DNA of 29,625 nt from Nitrosopumilaceae archaeon (GTDB taxonomy: Archaea; Thermoproteota; Nitrososphaeria; Nitrososphaerales; Nitrosopumilaceae). The stretch lies in the NCBI GenBank assembly GCA_965200155.1, contig CBDATR010000050.1, forward strand, positions 1 through 29,625, read 5' to 3'. The translations under genes and the position numbers were made by a program. The notes under the pieces were generated by a model. The model ran no database searches. It had not been told where the DNA came from and saw only the letters and a list, made by a program, of their open reading frames with translations. Of the stretch, positions 1-10,098 are shown piece by piece (within the stretch, counting starts at the first letter, position 1; each line of letters opens with the position of its first letter).

Positions 1-401
1 TTAATAATTGAGTACTGCAGGCCTGTGTCTGTAGTGGTTACATCCGCTTTTTTGCCATTTGTTTTCAGGAAGGCATTGCCTTTCTCAAGGTTCTTTTGAG
101 CTTCTTCAATCATCTTCTGCTGAGTTTTAGCAGCGGCTTCCTGCTGGGCTTTCTGGATGATTTCCAGCATTTTGGATTGCTCAATGGCTGGCTTCTTGTC
201 AGACAGAATGTCGCTCATGCCGACAGTAATCATAGACACGTCGAGGTCACTGAAATCAGATTTTACTCGCATACCAAGAAGTGCACCCAGGCTGTAGCTG
301 AGCTTTTCCTTGTCTGTTGATGGTGCTTTATCTGCTGCCATAACCGGCAGGGCAGTAACAGTAGACAGCACCAGGGCCGCAGCAATTTTTGTCAGCTTCA
401 T
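1..401 (-). CDS. FKBP-type peptidyl-prolyl cis-trans isomerase (FkpA/Mip-like), N-terminal part; runs off window
   Basis: Not in the ORF track. Manual translation from ATG at 401: MKLTKIAAALVLSTVTALPVMAADKAPSTDKEKLSYSLGALLG...NLEKGNAFLKTNGKKADVTTTDTGLQY. This is a signal peptide followed by the FKBP_N signatures (K.SYSLG; G.AFL..N.K...V.TT.TGLQY). Confidence 0.93.
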   Translation of the reverse strand, partial: MKLTKIAAALVLSTVTALPVMAADKAPSTDKEKLSYSLGALLGMRVKSDFSDLDVSMITVGMSDILSDKKPAIEQSKMLEIIQKAQQEAAAKTQQKMIEEAQKNLEKGNAFLKTNGKKADVTTTDTGLQYSII

Positions 402-1156
402 TGCGTTCTCTTCTTTCAATAGCAGTGCGCGGCCAGGCCGCAAAGGGACATCTTTGTTCAATTTAGTAGTGAAGGCAAGCCGTTTTACGCTTTTTGTGAA
501 TGGGGTAACTACGTTTTTTTGACGCAGCTTTAATAGACTTTTCTCACAACTATTAGAAGATGCTGATTTTGAGGTGGTTGTTTTAAGCCTTTATATAGAA
601 GTCTCCCCTCTTCTATATATAAGTTGTTTGTCGCTGAGTTAATGATGTTATTGTGCAAAGTGTTAGATGTTGTTTCTTTTGTGAGTCAAAAAAATTTTGC
701 AATTACGTTAATGGTTAGTCTAATGTCTATGTAAAAATAGAGATAAGAATAATTGGTGCTTAGAATGTTTTTTTAAAAGGCTTTTTGAAAGGAGCGTTTT
801 GAGTAAAAGTGAAGGCCTTTGAAAAGAAGATGGTTCAGGAAGATTTGTTTGGCAGATGAATATAGGGGATATCTGCCATGGCTAAAGAAGAACAACGTCA
901 TAAGCCGAATGGATTCGTAAGATTATCTGCTCAGCGTATTTAACAAGCTGATTTCCTGAGCAAGATAAAGCAAGAGTTGCGAAAGGATTTACATAAGGCC
1001 GCTTGTATTAGAGTGCAGGTAGCCTGAACCGACCAGAATCGCTGTCGCTGAGTCAATCAGAACTCTGCGGTACTGAGTGAGCGCGATGGCTTCTGGATAC
1101 CGAAAGGCAAGGCACTGTCCGACGGTATCGCGCTTGCAAGTGCTAAGGAGATAGCC

Positions 1157-2118
1157 ATGAGTGATGTTGAAATGGACTTCGACAAGTCCGAGGCGGCGAG
1201 CCGGGAAGCCGGTGCAGTTGCCAAAAACGGGCACCCGCCCGTAAGAAAACAGCCCGAAAAACTACTGCTCGCAAGAGCACAGATAAAAAGACGGCTGCCA
1301 AGAAAACCACCCGTAAAGTAGCTGCCAAGAAGTCTACAGCCAAGAAGACAGCAGTGAAGCGTAAGCCAGCTGCACGGAAGTCTACGGCTAAGAAGACAGC
1401 AGCCAAGAAGACCACTGCGAAACGTAAGACTACCGCCCGCAAGTCGACTGCCAAGAAGACAGCAGCCAAGAAGACCACTGCGAAACGTAAGACTACCGCC
1501 CCGCAAGTCGACTGCCAAGAAGACAGCCAAGACACTGCGAAACGTAAGACTACCGCCCGCAAGTCAACTGCCAAGAAGACAGCAGCCAAGAAGACCACTG
1601 CGAAACGTAAGACTACCGCCCGCAAGTCAACTGCCAAGAAGACAGCAGCCAAGAAGACTACCGCAAAGCGTAAGACCACTGCGCGTAAGTCTACCGCCAA
1701 GAAAACCACCGCTAAGCGTAAGCCCGCAACCCGCAAGACGGCTAAAAAGTCTACTGCCAAGAAGACAGCCGCCAAGGGTAAGCCAGCAGCCCGCAAGACG
1801 GCCAAGAAGTCTACTGCCAAGAAGACAGCCGCCAAGGGTAAGCCAGCAGCTCGCAAGACGGCCAAGAAGTCTACTGCCAAGAAGACAGCCGCCAAGGGTA
1901 AGCCAGCAGCTCGCAAGACGGCTAAAAAGTCTACTGCCAAGAAGGCTACTGCGAAGAAGGCTACTGCCAAGAAGGCTACTGCGAAGAAGGCTACTGCGAA
2001 GAAGGCTACTGCGAAGAAGACTGCCGCCAAGCGTAAGCCTGCAGTGCGTAAGAGCACCGCTCGCAAGTCTGCTGTGAAGCGCAAGCCAGCTGCTCGTAAG
2101 GCTGCTAAGCGTAAGTAA
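1157..2118 (+). CDS. Histone H1-like / AlgP-like Lys-Ala-Thr-rich repeat DNA-binding protein (frame disrupted; true start uncertain, possibly 878)
   Basis: AAGGAG followed by ATG at 1157. One extra A in the A5 run at 1223-1227 joins it to the frame [15 protein letters not shown]...KAAKRK* (stop 2116-2118). It lies between the FKBP and yheS genes, as algP does in Pseudomonas. Confidence 0.8.
1330..2030 (+). repeat. Coding tandem repeats: 63-bp ([21 protein letters not shown]), 60-bp ([20 protein letters not shown]) and 15-bp (KKATA) units
   Basis: Directly visible, e.g. the near-identical 60-nt lines starting at 1741, 1801 and 1861, and aagaaggctactgc repeats at ~1939-2013. Confidence 0.95.
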
Positions 2119-2141
2119 TACCTGTTGCATCGCTAACAGGC

Positions 2142-2174
2142 ATAACGGGGCTATAAAGCCCCGTTATTTATTTT
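2142..2174 (+). terminator. Rho-independent terminator
   Basis: ataacggggct-ataa-agccccgttat hairpin followed by ttatttt, just after the H1-like gene. Confidence 0.85.
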
Positions 2175-2231
2175 CCCCAAAACTCCCTCGGTTGTAGGAA
2201 TACCCGCCCGATCAGCCTAAAATCCGCACCC

Positions 2232-4164
2232 ATGATCAGGTTAAATCAAGTCAGTTTATTACGAGGTGGCAAGGTACTGCTGTCAGACAGCAATCTTGTG
2301 ATCCACCCAGGGCAGAAGGTTGGTCTTACCGGCGTGAATGGTTCCGGTAAGTCATCTTTGTTTGCGTTGATTCAGGGGCGAGTAAATGCCGACACCGGAG
2401 ATGTATCTATTCCATCTGGATGGAGAGTGTCTCACATGGCTCAGGAGGTCAAAGCCCTTGAGCAGGCTGCTGTCGAATACGTGCTGGACGGCGACCATGA
2501 GTTGCGGCGCATAGAGCGAGATCTGGAAGTTGCAGAACAGCGTGGCGATGATAACGGGCTGGCTCGCCTTCACGCCGATTTCGATGCCCACCACGGTTAC
2601 ACCGCCCGTTCCCGTGCTGAACAGCTGATGCACGGTTTAGGTTTTCATCAGAAGCAGATTAGTCATAGTGTACGTGACTTCTCCGGTGGCTGGAGAATGC
2701 GTCTTAACCTCGCCCGCACGTTAATGTGCCCGTCTGACCTTCTCCTCCTTGATGAGCCCACCAACCATCTGGATATGGACGCAATCCTCTGGTTGGAAGA
2801 GTGGTTGAAGCGTTACCCCGGCACACTGGTGCTGATTTCCCACGACAGGGACTTCCTCGACAATGTGGTCGAGCACGTTGCTCACATTGAAAAGAAGAAC
2901 GTGACGCTTTACCGAGGCAACTACACAGCCTTTGAGCGCGTTCGCTCTGAGCGGCTGGCACAACAGCAGGTGATTCACGAGCGTCAGTTAAGGGAGCAGG
3001 AACGCCTCACACGCTTTATAGAGCGCTTCCGTGCCAAGGCCACTAAAGCCCGTCAGGCCCAAAGCCGTATCAAGGCGCTGCGCCCGTATGGATATGGTGT
3101 CACCTGTCCACGCAGACTCACCATTTAAGTTCCGCTTTCCACTGTCGGACAAGTTGTCCACACCTTTGATTGCCCTGCGCAAAGCGTCGCTGGGGTACAA
3201 CACGGCGTTGCTGAAGAACGTTACCCTGAATCTCCAACCTGGCGACAGCATCGGTCTACTGGGGCCAAACGGTGCGGGTAAATCCACACTGGTGAAAACC
3301 CTCGCTGCTCAGCTAGAGAAATTGGCTGGTGAAGAGCAACGGGGCGAGCATTTGCGCATTGGTTACTTTGCCCAGCACCAGCTGGAATCTCTGGATCAGA
3401 ACGCTACGCCAACGGTGCATCTCCAGCGTATGTCTCCTGAAGCCCGCGAGCAGTCCATCAAAGATTTCCTCGGCTCCTTTGGTTTCCATGGGGAGAAAGT
3501 GGATGAAAATGTGAGCTCTTTCTCAGGAGGCGAGCAGGCGCGTTTGGCACTGGCAATCATCGCCTGGCAGAAACCCAACCTGCTGCTGTTGGACGAACCC
3601 ACCAACCACCTCGATCTGGAAATGCGTCACGCCCTCACCATGGCGTTGCAGGAATTTGACGGTGCCATGGTGCTGGTGTCCCACGACCGTCACTTGCTGC
3701 GTTACACCGTGAACGACCTTTATCTAGTTCATGATGGCGCTGTGGAGCCATACGAGGGCGATTTGGATGAATATGCTACTTGGCTGGCTAAAAAGAAGAA
3801 GGAAGAGGTGAACAAGGCTGTAGAGGCCGATGCTGAGGCTCCCCAGAAGGAACGTTTCACAGCGCAGGATCGAAAAGCCCGCAAGCGCCTGGAGGCTGAA
3901 CTACGTGGGAAGCTGCGCCCTTACCGTAAAGTTGTGGATAAGCTCGAGAAGGACATGGAAAAGCAGCAGGCCGCTCTTCAGGATGTTGAAGAAAAACTGA
4001 TGGACCCTGCCCTTTACGAAGAATCTGCCAAGGCTGATTTGAAGAAGCTACTGGGAGAGCAAACGGAGCTGCGTAAATCGTCTGCTGAAACAGAAGAGCA
4101 GTGGTTGCAGGCTTCGGAAGAGCTGGAGGAAATGGAAGAAGAAATCAAAGCCCTGAGCGAATAA
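2232..4164 (+). CDS. yheS: ABC-F family ATPase (YheS-like), split by a single-base frameshift near 3081
   Basis: Two ABC domains: GVNGSGKS/FSGGWRMRLNLA/LLLDEPTNHLD and GPNGAGKS/FSGGEQARLALA/LLLDEPTNHLD. Linker KATKARQAQSRIKAL continues in another frame as RMDMVSPVHADSPF. Coiled-coil C-terminal tail. Confidence 0.93.
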
Positions 4165-4372
4165 TGAACATTGCCGGTTTGCTATCCATGTGCCATATAG
4201 ATAGACGGCTTTTTTGAAGTCAAATGCGCGGCCTCACAAGGGCTTAGCGCAGGAAGTGGTTTATCAAGCCATAATTAGATCAAGGGTTTTGCTGACAGTG
4301 GAGCTCTTTTGATTCACACCGACGACAATTCAAGGCTGTTTCATAGTGGCACGTTAAGAAGGGGCTTAATTT

Positions 4373-5683
4373 TTGTCTTCCTCCATCAAGTCTACAGATA
4401 TTCTGGCAATCGGCCTGATGACATTTGCGCTGTTTCTCGGTGCGGGCAATATGATCTTTCCTCCTTATCTTGGGCAGGTTGCAGGGCCAGACCTTGTTGT
4501 GGCAACTCTCGGGTTTCTTCTCACTGGCGTAGGCATGCCACTCCTCGGAGTTGTGGCGGCTGCAAAGCTGGGAGGAGGTTTGAACAACTTCACACGCGAT
4601 CTACCCGGTTGGGTGGCGATTGTCATCGGATTGGTGCTCTATCTTTCTATCGGGCCATTATTTGCCGCACCGCGTACGGCCATCGTGGCCTGGGAGCTGA
4701 GCTTTGCCGATCGCTTTGAATCCCAGCCCCATGGGCAGATGATTTACAGCGCCGTATTCTTTTTTATCACCCTCTGGCTCTCTTTATTTCCGGGGCGGTT
4801 GATCGACAGTATCGGGAAGGTGATTACGCCCTTGTTGGTTCTGGTTCTGCTGGCTATAGCTGTGGGTGTTATTTTCTTCCCTCTGGGGCCTGCGGGCAAT
4901 GTTGCGCCCACGCTGGCCGACAGCGCTTTTTCCTGGGGCTTTCAGCAGGGGTATCAGACTATGGATACTCTGGCTTCCCTCGCTTTTGGGATTGTCATTA
5001 TCACTGCTCTGAGAGAGCGTGGGGTCACGGATAAGGATGAGCTTACTCGTCATACTATCACAGCAGGCATTATGGCTGCGGTAGGGCTCTGTGCGGTGTA
5101 TATCACCCTGTCTTACCTCGGGGCGACCAGTTATACCGTAGTGGCAGATGCAGAAAACGGGGCTGATATTCTGACTAGCTACATCTTCCAACTTTATGGT
5201 GAATGGGGAACTGTTCTTCTGGGAACGTCAATCACGCTGGCGTGCCTGACCACATCGGTAGGATTGATGACAGCCTGCGGAGAGTATTTCAGCGAAACCG
5301 TTCCCGTACTGGGCTATCGAGGCTTTGTGATTCTCTGCACGCTGGTAAGCGCCTTGATTGCCAATGTGGGGCTAAATGAACTTCTGGATCTCACAATTCC
5401 AGCATTGCTGATTGTTTATCCGGTTGCCATCGGTTTGATCTTCCTGGCACTGGTGCGTGACTACTTGAAAAACCCTCCCCGTACTTACCTGATGACACTG
5501 TTTCCGGTCTTTGTAGTAGGGCTGGTGGATGGGCTGGCCGTCAGTGGTGTTGAGTGGGCGAAGGGGGTTGCGGATACATCATTTGCCGTACTGCCTCTCC
5601 ATGAGCAGAGTTTAGGCTGGCTTGTACCTGGCATGGTGGGGCTGATGCTGTCGATGGTTGGTAAACGGGCGGAAGAAGATTAA
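4373..5683 (+). CDS. brnQ: Branched-chain amino acid:cation symporter BrnQ
   Basis: LIVCS family motifs GLMTFALFLGAGNMIFPP, GPLFAAPRTA, GYQTMDTLASLAFG and LACLTTSVGL; multiple hydrophobic segments. Confidence 0.95.
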   Translation: MSSSIKSTDILAIGLMTFALFLGAGNMIFPPYLGQVAGPDLVVATLGFLLTGVGMPLLGVVAAAKLGGGLNNFTRDLPGWVAIVIGLVLYLSIGPLFAAPRTAIVAWELSFADRFESQPHGQMIYSAVFFFITLWLSLFPGRLIDSIGKVITPLLVLVLLAIAVGVIFFPLGPAGNVAPTLADSAFSWGFQQGYQTMDTLASLAFGIVIITALRERGVTDKDELTRHTITAGIMAAVGLCAVYITLSYLGATSYTVVADAENGADILTSYIFQLYGEWGTVLLGTSITLACLTTSVGLMTACGEYFSETVPVLGYRGFVILCTLVSALIANVGLNELLDLTIPALLIVYPVAIGLIFLALVRDYLKNPPRTYLMTLFPVFVVGLVDGLAVSGVEWAKGVADTSFAVLPLHEQSLGWLVPGMVGLMLSMVGKRAEED

Positions 5684-5694
5684 AAACCTTTCTA

Positions 5695-5732
5695 AACGAC
5701 AAAGGCTACCTGGTTAGGTGGCCTTTGTCGTT
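5695..5732. terminator. Hairpin between convergent brnQ and zapB (probable bidirectional terminator)
   Basis: aacgacaaaggctacct-ggtt-aggtggcctttgtcgtt, 17-bp stem with one G-U pair. Confidence 0.8.
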
Positions 5733-5749
5733 AAAGAGGCTTTGGAAAC

Positions 5750-5962
5750 TTAAGCGGTTTCTTCGCCAACAGTTTCCAGGCGACCCAGCAGGGAACCTAC
5801 AGTGTCAGACCAGGATTGCAGCTCTTTACGCAGTTCTGCGTTCTCTGCTTCCAGCTTGGTTTTGGCTTCACGCAGCTCGTCGATCTCAAGGCGGTAGATG
5901 CCCATAGTTTCGATAGCGCTTTGGATTTTTGATTCTAGCTGAGTCAGAGATTCAATAGACAT
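5750..5962 (-). CDS. zapB: Cell division coiled-coil protein ZapB
   Basis: MSIESLTQLESKIQSAIETMGIYRLEIDELRE...W...VGSLLGRLE matches the ZapB pattern (LE.K.Q.AI.T.....EI.EL.E ... W....LLGR.E). Confidence 0.85.
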   Translation of the reverse strand: MSIESLTQLESKIQSAIETMGIYRLEIDELREAKTKLEAENAELRKELQSWSDTVGSLLGRLETVGEETA

Positions 5963-6112
5963 ATTCAAGATCCCACGGAAAAAATATAAGGCCAGCTCAT
6001 ATTAGGAGTTTTCGGGGGCAGTAGTAAATATCAGAAGGGCTACCTGGTGATATTTCTCTGCAGCAAATTTTTATTCACAAAGGTCATTATTTACCTAAAG
6101 GTAGTAAAAACC

Positions 6113-6425
6113 ATGGTGGGTGTGGGTATTGTCAGCAGTATTCCACCATTACGGCCTATACTGCACAACTCCATGCACTCAGTCAGCAGGTTTTGCGGGG
6201 CACATGATGGAAGCGATACCAGTCATCTCAGCCCGAATCGTGTCTCACGACAATGTTGCCGACGAAGCCCTGAAGGCATTCTGCCTTTCCCTGCTTGTGG
6301 GGGACACAGTTGATGAGTACATCACCTCCAGAGAACTGCGTTTTGCATCACCACAGGTTGAAAGTACCTTTATCAGTCATTTGTTAGCACTCTCGGATTA
6401 CGCCTTAAGCCATGGGGGGATTTAG
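6113..6425 (+). CDS. Possible small hypothetical protein (needs a one-base correction in the T4 run at 6191-6194)
   Basis: ATG 6113 frame (MVGVGIVSSIPPLRPILHNSMHSVSRF) can be joined to ...AGHMMEAIPVISARIVSHDNVADEALKAFCLSLL...SHGGI*. It fills an otherwise empty gap; no family recognised. Confidence 0.3.
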
Positions 6426-7153
6426 AGCGCCATCACCAAGTGGTAAATAATGGGAGCAGCAACAGCCGTAAACGCACCTGTCAGTGCTAATCCCAAGCTG
6501 GAAAAAGAGCCTGTCATATTGTCAGACTCAAAAGCCCGAGCTGTTCCAATTACGTGAGCTGTCAGCCCCATGGTGAAACCTCTCACTACACGACTACTTA
6601 TTTTTAGTCGATCCATAATGGGCAAGGCTAAAGCTGCTCCTGCTATCCCGGTTAACGCAACGGCCCCCGCCGCAATAGCAGGTATGCCTCCCAGGCTTTC
6701 TGTTGTAGCAATGGCTATTGGCATAGTGATGGATTTGGTGAGCAGTGAGTGCAGCGTTAAATCCGTAGCTCCAGACAACCAGGCAATGCCAATAGCACAG
6801 GCCGGTGCAAATATGCCGGCAGCAACAAGGGTCACCAAAAGAGGGCGAGCATGGCTGCGAATCAGATGGACCTGCTGGTAAAGAGGAACTGCCAGGGCAA
6901 CGGTTGCTGTGCCTAGCAATAGGCTGAGTATCTGTGTGTTTTCTTTGTAGTGACTGTATTCCACACCGAGCCATTTCAGAACAGCGGTGATGATGATGGC
7001 TGCAATGGCCAATGGTGGAAGAATAGCGAAGCGTCCGCATTGTTTATAAACCACCTTGCCCAGAAGAAAGCTGCCAATTGTGATGGTCAGCATAAATAGT
7101 GGCGTAGTCACCAAGCTCCTGAGAACGGTCAGCGTATTATTCATTTTTACCAT
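6422..7153 (-). CDS. lrgB: LrgB/CidB family membrane protein
   Basis: Motifs LLGTATVALAVPLY, KSITMPIA, GLTAHVIGTARA. Confidence 0.93.
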   Translation of the reverse strand: MVKMNNTLTVLRSLVTTPLFMLTITIGSFLLGKVVYKQCGRFAILPPLAIAAIIITAVLKWLGVEYSHYKENTQILSLLLGTATVALAVPLYQQVHLIRSHARPLLVTLVAAGIFAPACAIGIAWLSGATDLTLHSLLTKSITMPIAIATTESLGGIPAIAAGAVALTGIAGAALALPIMDRLKISSRVVRGFTMGLTAHVIGTARAFESDNMTGSFSSLGLALTGAFTAVAAPIIYHLVMAL

Positions 7154-7499
7154 CCACAGTTGTGTCTTCTTCTTTGATAAGACGGTTCATAAGCAGTGCA
7201 GTGAAGATAATTGCGATGATAGTGCCCAAAATTGTGGCCGATAGAATTGGAAGGAGCTGGTCGCCAATTTCCAACAAGTAGAAGCAGAAACCTGTTACTG
7301 GTGGAATGAGCATAATGCCCATGGCACTAATCAAACTATTGCTGGAACTTGCCACACTGTCGGGCACGGTCTTGTAAACACAGAGAGCAACAAATAGAAG
7401 CAACATTCCCAGTACCGGCCCTGGCAAAGCAATATGCCCTAAACGATGAAGAGCCTCTCCAAAGCACTGGAAGAGAAGAAGAACAAAAAGACCGCGCAT
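7137..7499 (-). CDS. cidA: CidA/LrgA holin-like protein
   Basis: Motifs LLLFQCFGE and LPGPVLGMLLLF; 120 aa; overlaps the lrgB start as in the usual operon. Confidence 0.92.
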   Translation of the reverse strand: MRGLFVLLLFQCFGEALHRLGHIALPGPVLGMLLLFVALCVYKTVPDSVASSSNSLISAMGIMLIPPVTGFCFYLLEIGDQLLPILSATILGTIIAIIFTALLMNRLIKEEDTTVDGKNE

Positions 7500-7568
7500 A
7501 GTGGAATCGTAAATTCAGAGTTGAAAGAGACTTATTGTAAGAGTCTCGTCAGCGTTAGGGTAGCGTTG

Positions 7569-8072
7569 TTAGCGGTAGAAATGGTGCTTCCTCAGCAATT
7601 CAAAAAAGCCAAAGCAGGCGTAAGCGATGAAACAAACGAGCGTCCAGACGGGAATGGACAGCCCGAGGAATACCCAGTGAGTTTTCGTACAATCACCGGT
7701 GCCACTGAGCATGATGGTGATGAGATCAAAAACAGGAAGGACATCCACCAGATAGCTCAACCCCGTCATACAAACCGGTGCTTGCTCGGGTGGCAAGGCT
7801 TGCAGGTAAAGCTGACGAATGGCCAGAGCCGCACCGGCAATAGCGAAAAGCAGTACCGCACAGCCATAACGCCTGCGGCCCGAACTCTCCGGGTTATGTA
7901 CAACAGCGAGAAGGGAAGTAAGGCCAATAACCGCGACAACAATGCGTTGGGATAGACAAAGAGGGCAGGGTTCCATTCCCATCACATGCTCGAAGATCAT
8001 GGCTGCACCAATCAATCCGGCGGAAACGAGAAAAGCAAGGATGTGCAGTGGGCGCGATTCAGGAATTTCCAT
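7569..8072 (-). CDS. dsbB: Disulfide bond formation protein DsbB
   Basis: EPCPLCLSQR active site, second Cys pair (PVC...GTGDC), WVFLGLSIPVW, four TM segments. Confidence 0.95.
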   Translation of the reverse strand: MEIPESRPLHILAFLVSAGLIGAAMIFEHVMGMEPCPLCLSQRIVVAVIGLTSLLAVVHNPESSGRRRYGCAVLLFAIAGAALAIRQLYLQALPPEQAPVCMTGLSYLVDVLPVFDLITIMLSGTGDCTKTHWVFLGLSIPVWTLVCFIAYACFGFFELLRKHHFYR

Positions 8073-8142
8073 GTTTCTAATGAAACTCTTGGAATTGTTC
8101 TGAAAAAGTCTCCAAGTCCATCCATTACCCTGAAGCCATATT

Positions 8143-8165
8143 GCGGGAGGGAAACGCCCTCCCGT
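8143..8165 (-). terminator. GC hairpin downstream of gshA
   Basis: gcgggaggg-aaacg-ccctcccgt about 30 nt past the gshA stop; no clear U tract. Confidence 0.5.
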
Positions 8166-8195
8166 ATTTACCTTGATTTATCAGACGTTAATTTA

Positions 8196-9794
8196 TCAGA
8201 CGTTAATGTCATCTGAAAAAAAATATTCCTGCAGGAATGTGTCGAAGTCCAAAGTATCTGCATCCTCCTTGCAGGTCTGTTCCTTAATTGATTGTTCAGC
8301 CAGCTCGCGGAAGTAGGCTTCCCGCTCGGAGTGCAAATCACGGCTGCGGAAGTATTCTGCATGCCTGGCAGACTGCTGCATGGAGAACTCACGGAAGGAG
8401 ATGCCCTTCCGCAGTTCCGCCAGAATGGTAGCGGAAGGCGTGAGTGATACATCACGCACCTTCTTCCTTTCCAGCGCCAGACTCTCGGAGTAAACCTTAG
8501 TATTGTTGGCTTTATCCAGCAGGTGAGCGACAGGAGCCATTGTCTCCATTAGTTCATCCGCCCACTCGGTCAGTTCCCGGGAACGTTCACCATCCTTCAG
8601 CTGTAGACCGGGCTTACGGCCTTCACGCACGCTGAGGGTGAAGTTATCGGTAATATCGTTGCATTCCTGCTCGGTAATGTCGGCACTATTCTGTAGTGCA
8701 CAGAACAAGAGGAACGCATCCAGAAAGTAGGACTGTTGAACATCAATACCCACTGGCAGCAGCGGGTTGATGTCGAGGCTGCGCACTTCGATGTATTCCA
8801 CACCACGCTCTTTTAAAGCGATAACCGGTTTCTCGCCAGACTGTGCCACGCGTTTGGGACGAATCGTACTGTAGTACTCGTTCTCAATCTGTAGCAGGTT
8901 GCTGTTCAGCTGACGGTATTCACCGTTCGGGCCTTTGCCGATTTTTTCGTAGCCGGCATAAGGGGTACGAATCGCCTTCCAGAGGCTGTTCAGATAGTTG
9001 TCTAGAGTGTTATAGCAAATTGGCAGGCTGGATTGGGCATCACTGGTGTAACCCAAATCGCTCATGCGCAGGGAGGTTGCCCATGGCAGGTAAAGGGTGT
9101 TGGCATCCAGTTCATCCAGGCCGTGTTTGTTATCCTCTGGCAGGAAACTCTTGTCCAGCGCAGGAGATGCGCCAAACAGATACGAGAGCATCCACGCATA
9201 ACGGCGGAAGTTGCGGATCATGGCGAAGTAGCCGGCAGACTGATAATCCATGTCAGACAGTTCACTGCCGCCATCGACCAGCTCATCAGCTTTGCGCATC
9301 AGCGGCCAGAAATCTTCGCTCAGGGAAAAGTTGTAGTGAATGCCGGCGATGGTCTGCATAGCTTTGCCATAACGGTGAGCCAAACCAAGGCGATACACGT
9401 GCTTCATCTTGCCGGTGTTGGAGGTACCGTAGTAAGCCACGGGAATCTTCTCATCACCCTCCAGAACGGAGGGCATGCTGCTGGCCCACACAACTTCGCC
9501 ATCGGCCATGTTGTTCAGGGTTTCGGTGTGCAGCTCACTGAGAAAATCCAGAGCATCACCAGCATCACGGTAAACCGGTGTGATGAATTCCAGCAGCGCT
9601 TCGGAGTAATCCGTTGTGATGTACGGGTGAGTCAGGGTAGAACCCAAAGACTCAGGGTGCCCAGTCTGGGATAACTTTAGCTGAGGCGTAACCCGCAGGC
9701 CTTCTTTTTCAATGCCATGTTGAATCTGGGTAAGGCAGGCAAGGTTGTCTCCTTCGGAAAGGATCTGGAGACGCTTTGAAAATCTGGCTGACAA
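8196..9794 (-). CDS. gshA: Glutamate--cysteine ligase
   Basis: Motifs HGIEKEGLRV, THPYITTDYSEALLEFITP, MQTIAGIHYNFS, ATSLRMSDLGY, LQIENEYYSTIRPK, RGVEYIEVRSLDINP. Confidence 0.97.
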   Translation of the reverse strand: MSARFSKRLQILSEGDNLACLTQIQHGIEKEGLRVTPQLKLSQTGHPESLGSTLTHPYITTDYSEALLEFITPVYRDAGDALDFLSELHTETLNNMADGEVVWASSMPSVLEGDEKIPVAYYGTSNTGKMKHVYRLGLAHRYGKAMQTIAGIHYNFSLSEDFWPLMRKADELVDGGSELSDMDYQSAGYFAMIRNFRRYAWMLSYLFGASPALDKSFLPEDNKHGLDELDANTLYLPWATSLRMSDLGYTSDAQSSLPICYNTLDNYLNSLWKAIRTPYAGYEKIGKGPNGEYRQLNSNLLQIENEYYSTIRPKRVAQSGEKPVIALKERGVEYIEVRSLDINPLLPVGIDVQQSYFLDAFLLFCALQNSADITEQECNDITDNFTLSVREGRKPGLQLKDGERSRELTEWADELMETMAPVAHLLDKANNTKVYSESLALERKKVRDVSLTPSATILAELRKGISFREFSMQQSARHAEYFRSRDLHSEREAYFRELAEQSIKEQTCKEDADTLDFDTFLQEYFFSDDINV

Positions 9795-10065
9795 GATGAA
9801 ACCTTTTGGTGTGATTCTCGGACAGTGGCCACCGGGCTAAACAGTCCGAACAATTCTGTGTGTAAGCGCAGGCACTCAGAGCACTATAACCTTGGCATTA
9901 TTCAAGAGCAAAGCTGGTGACGGGCTGAGCGCTCCCTAATAAAAGACGGGGCTATCGTAAAAAAGACGACAATTTTCTGTATATAAAGGCAAAAAAATAA
10001 CATTCAACCCCTGATGTGGAGTTGTTGTTTTTTGCCATAAAGATTTTTGTGAACTCAATTTGCTC

Positions 10066-10086
10066 CTCCCCCTTTTCAAGGGGGAG
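10066..10086 (-). terminator. Hairpin immediately downstream of tex
   Basis: ctccccctt-ttc-aagggggag, 12 nt beyond the tex stop. Confidence 0.55.
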
Positions 10087-10098
10087 AACCTATCGAGT

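Noticed and set aside
1330-2030. Repeat array considered as CRISPR
   Set aside because: In-frame tandem coding repeats with no unique spacers and no cas genes.
1057-2130. Long hydrophobic minus-strand ORFs (AVFLAV repeats)
   Set aside because: Reverse-complement readings of the Lys/Ala/Thr repeat gene.
3070-3100. Programmed frameshift in yheS
   Set aside because: No slippery sequence is evident, and similar indels elsewhere point to sequence error.
6422-7499. Holin-like genes as prophage evidence
   Set aside because: CidA/LrgB pairs are ordinary chromosomal genes; no phage genes nearby.
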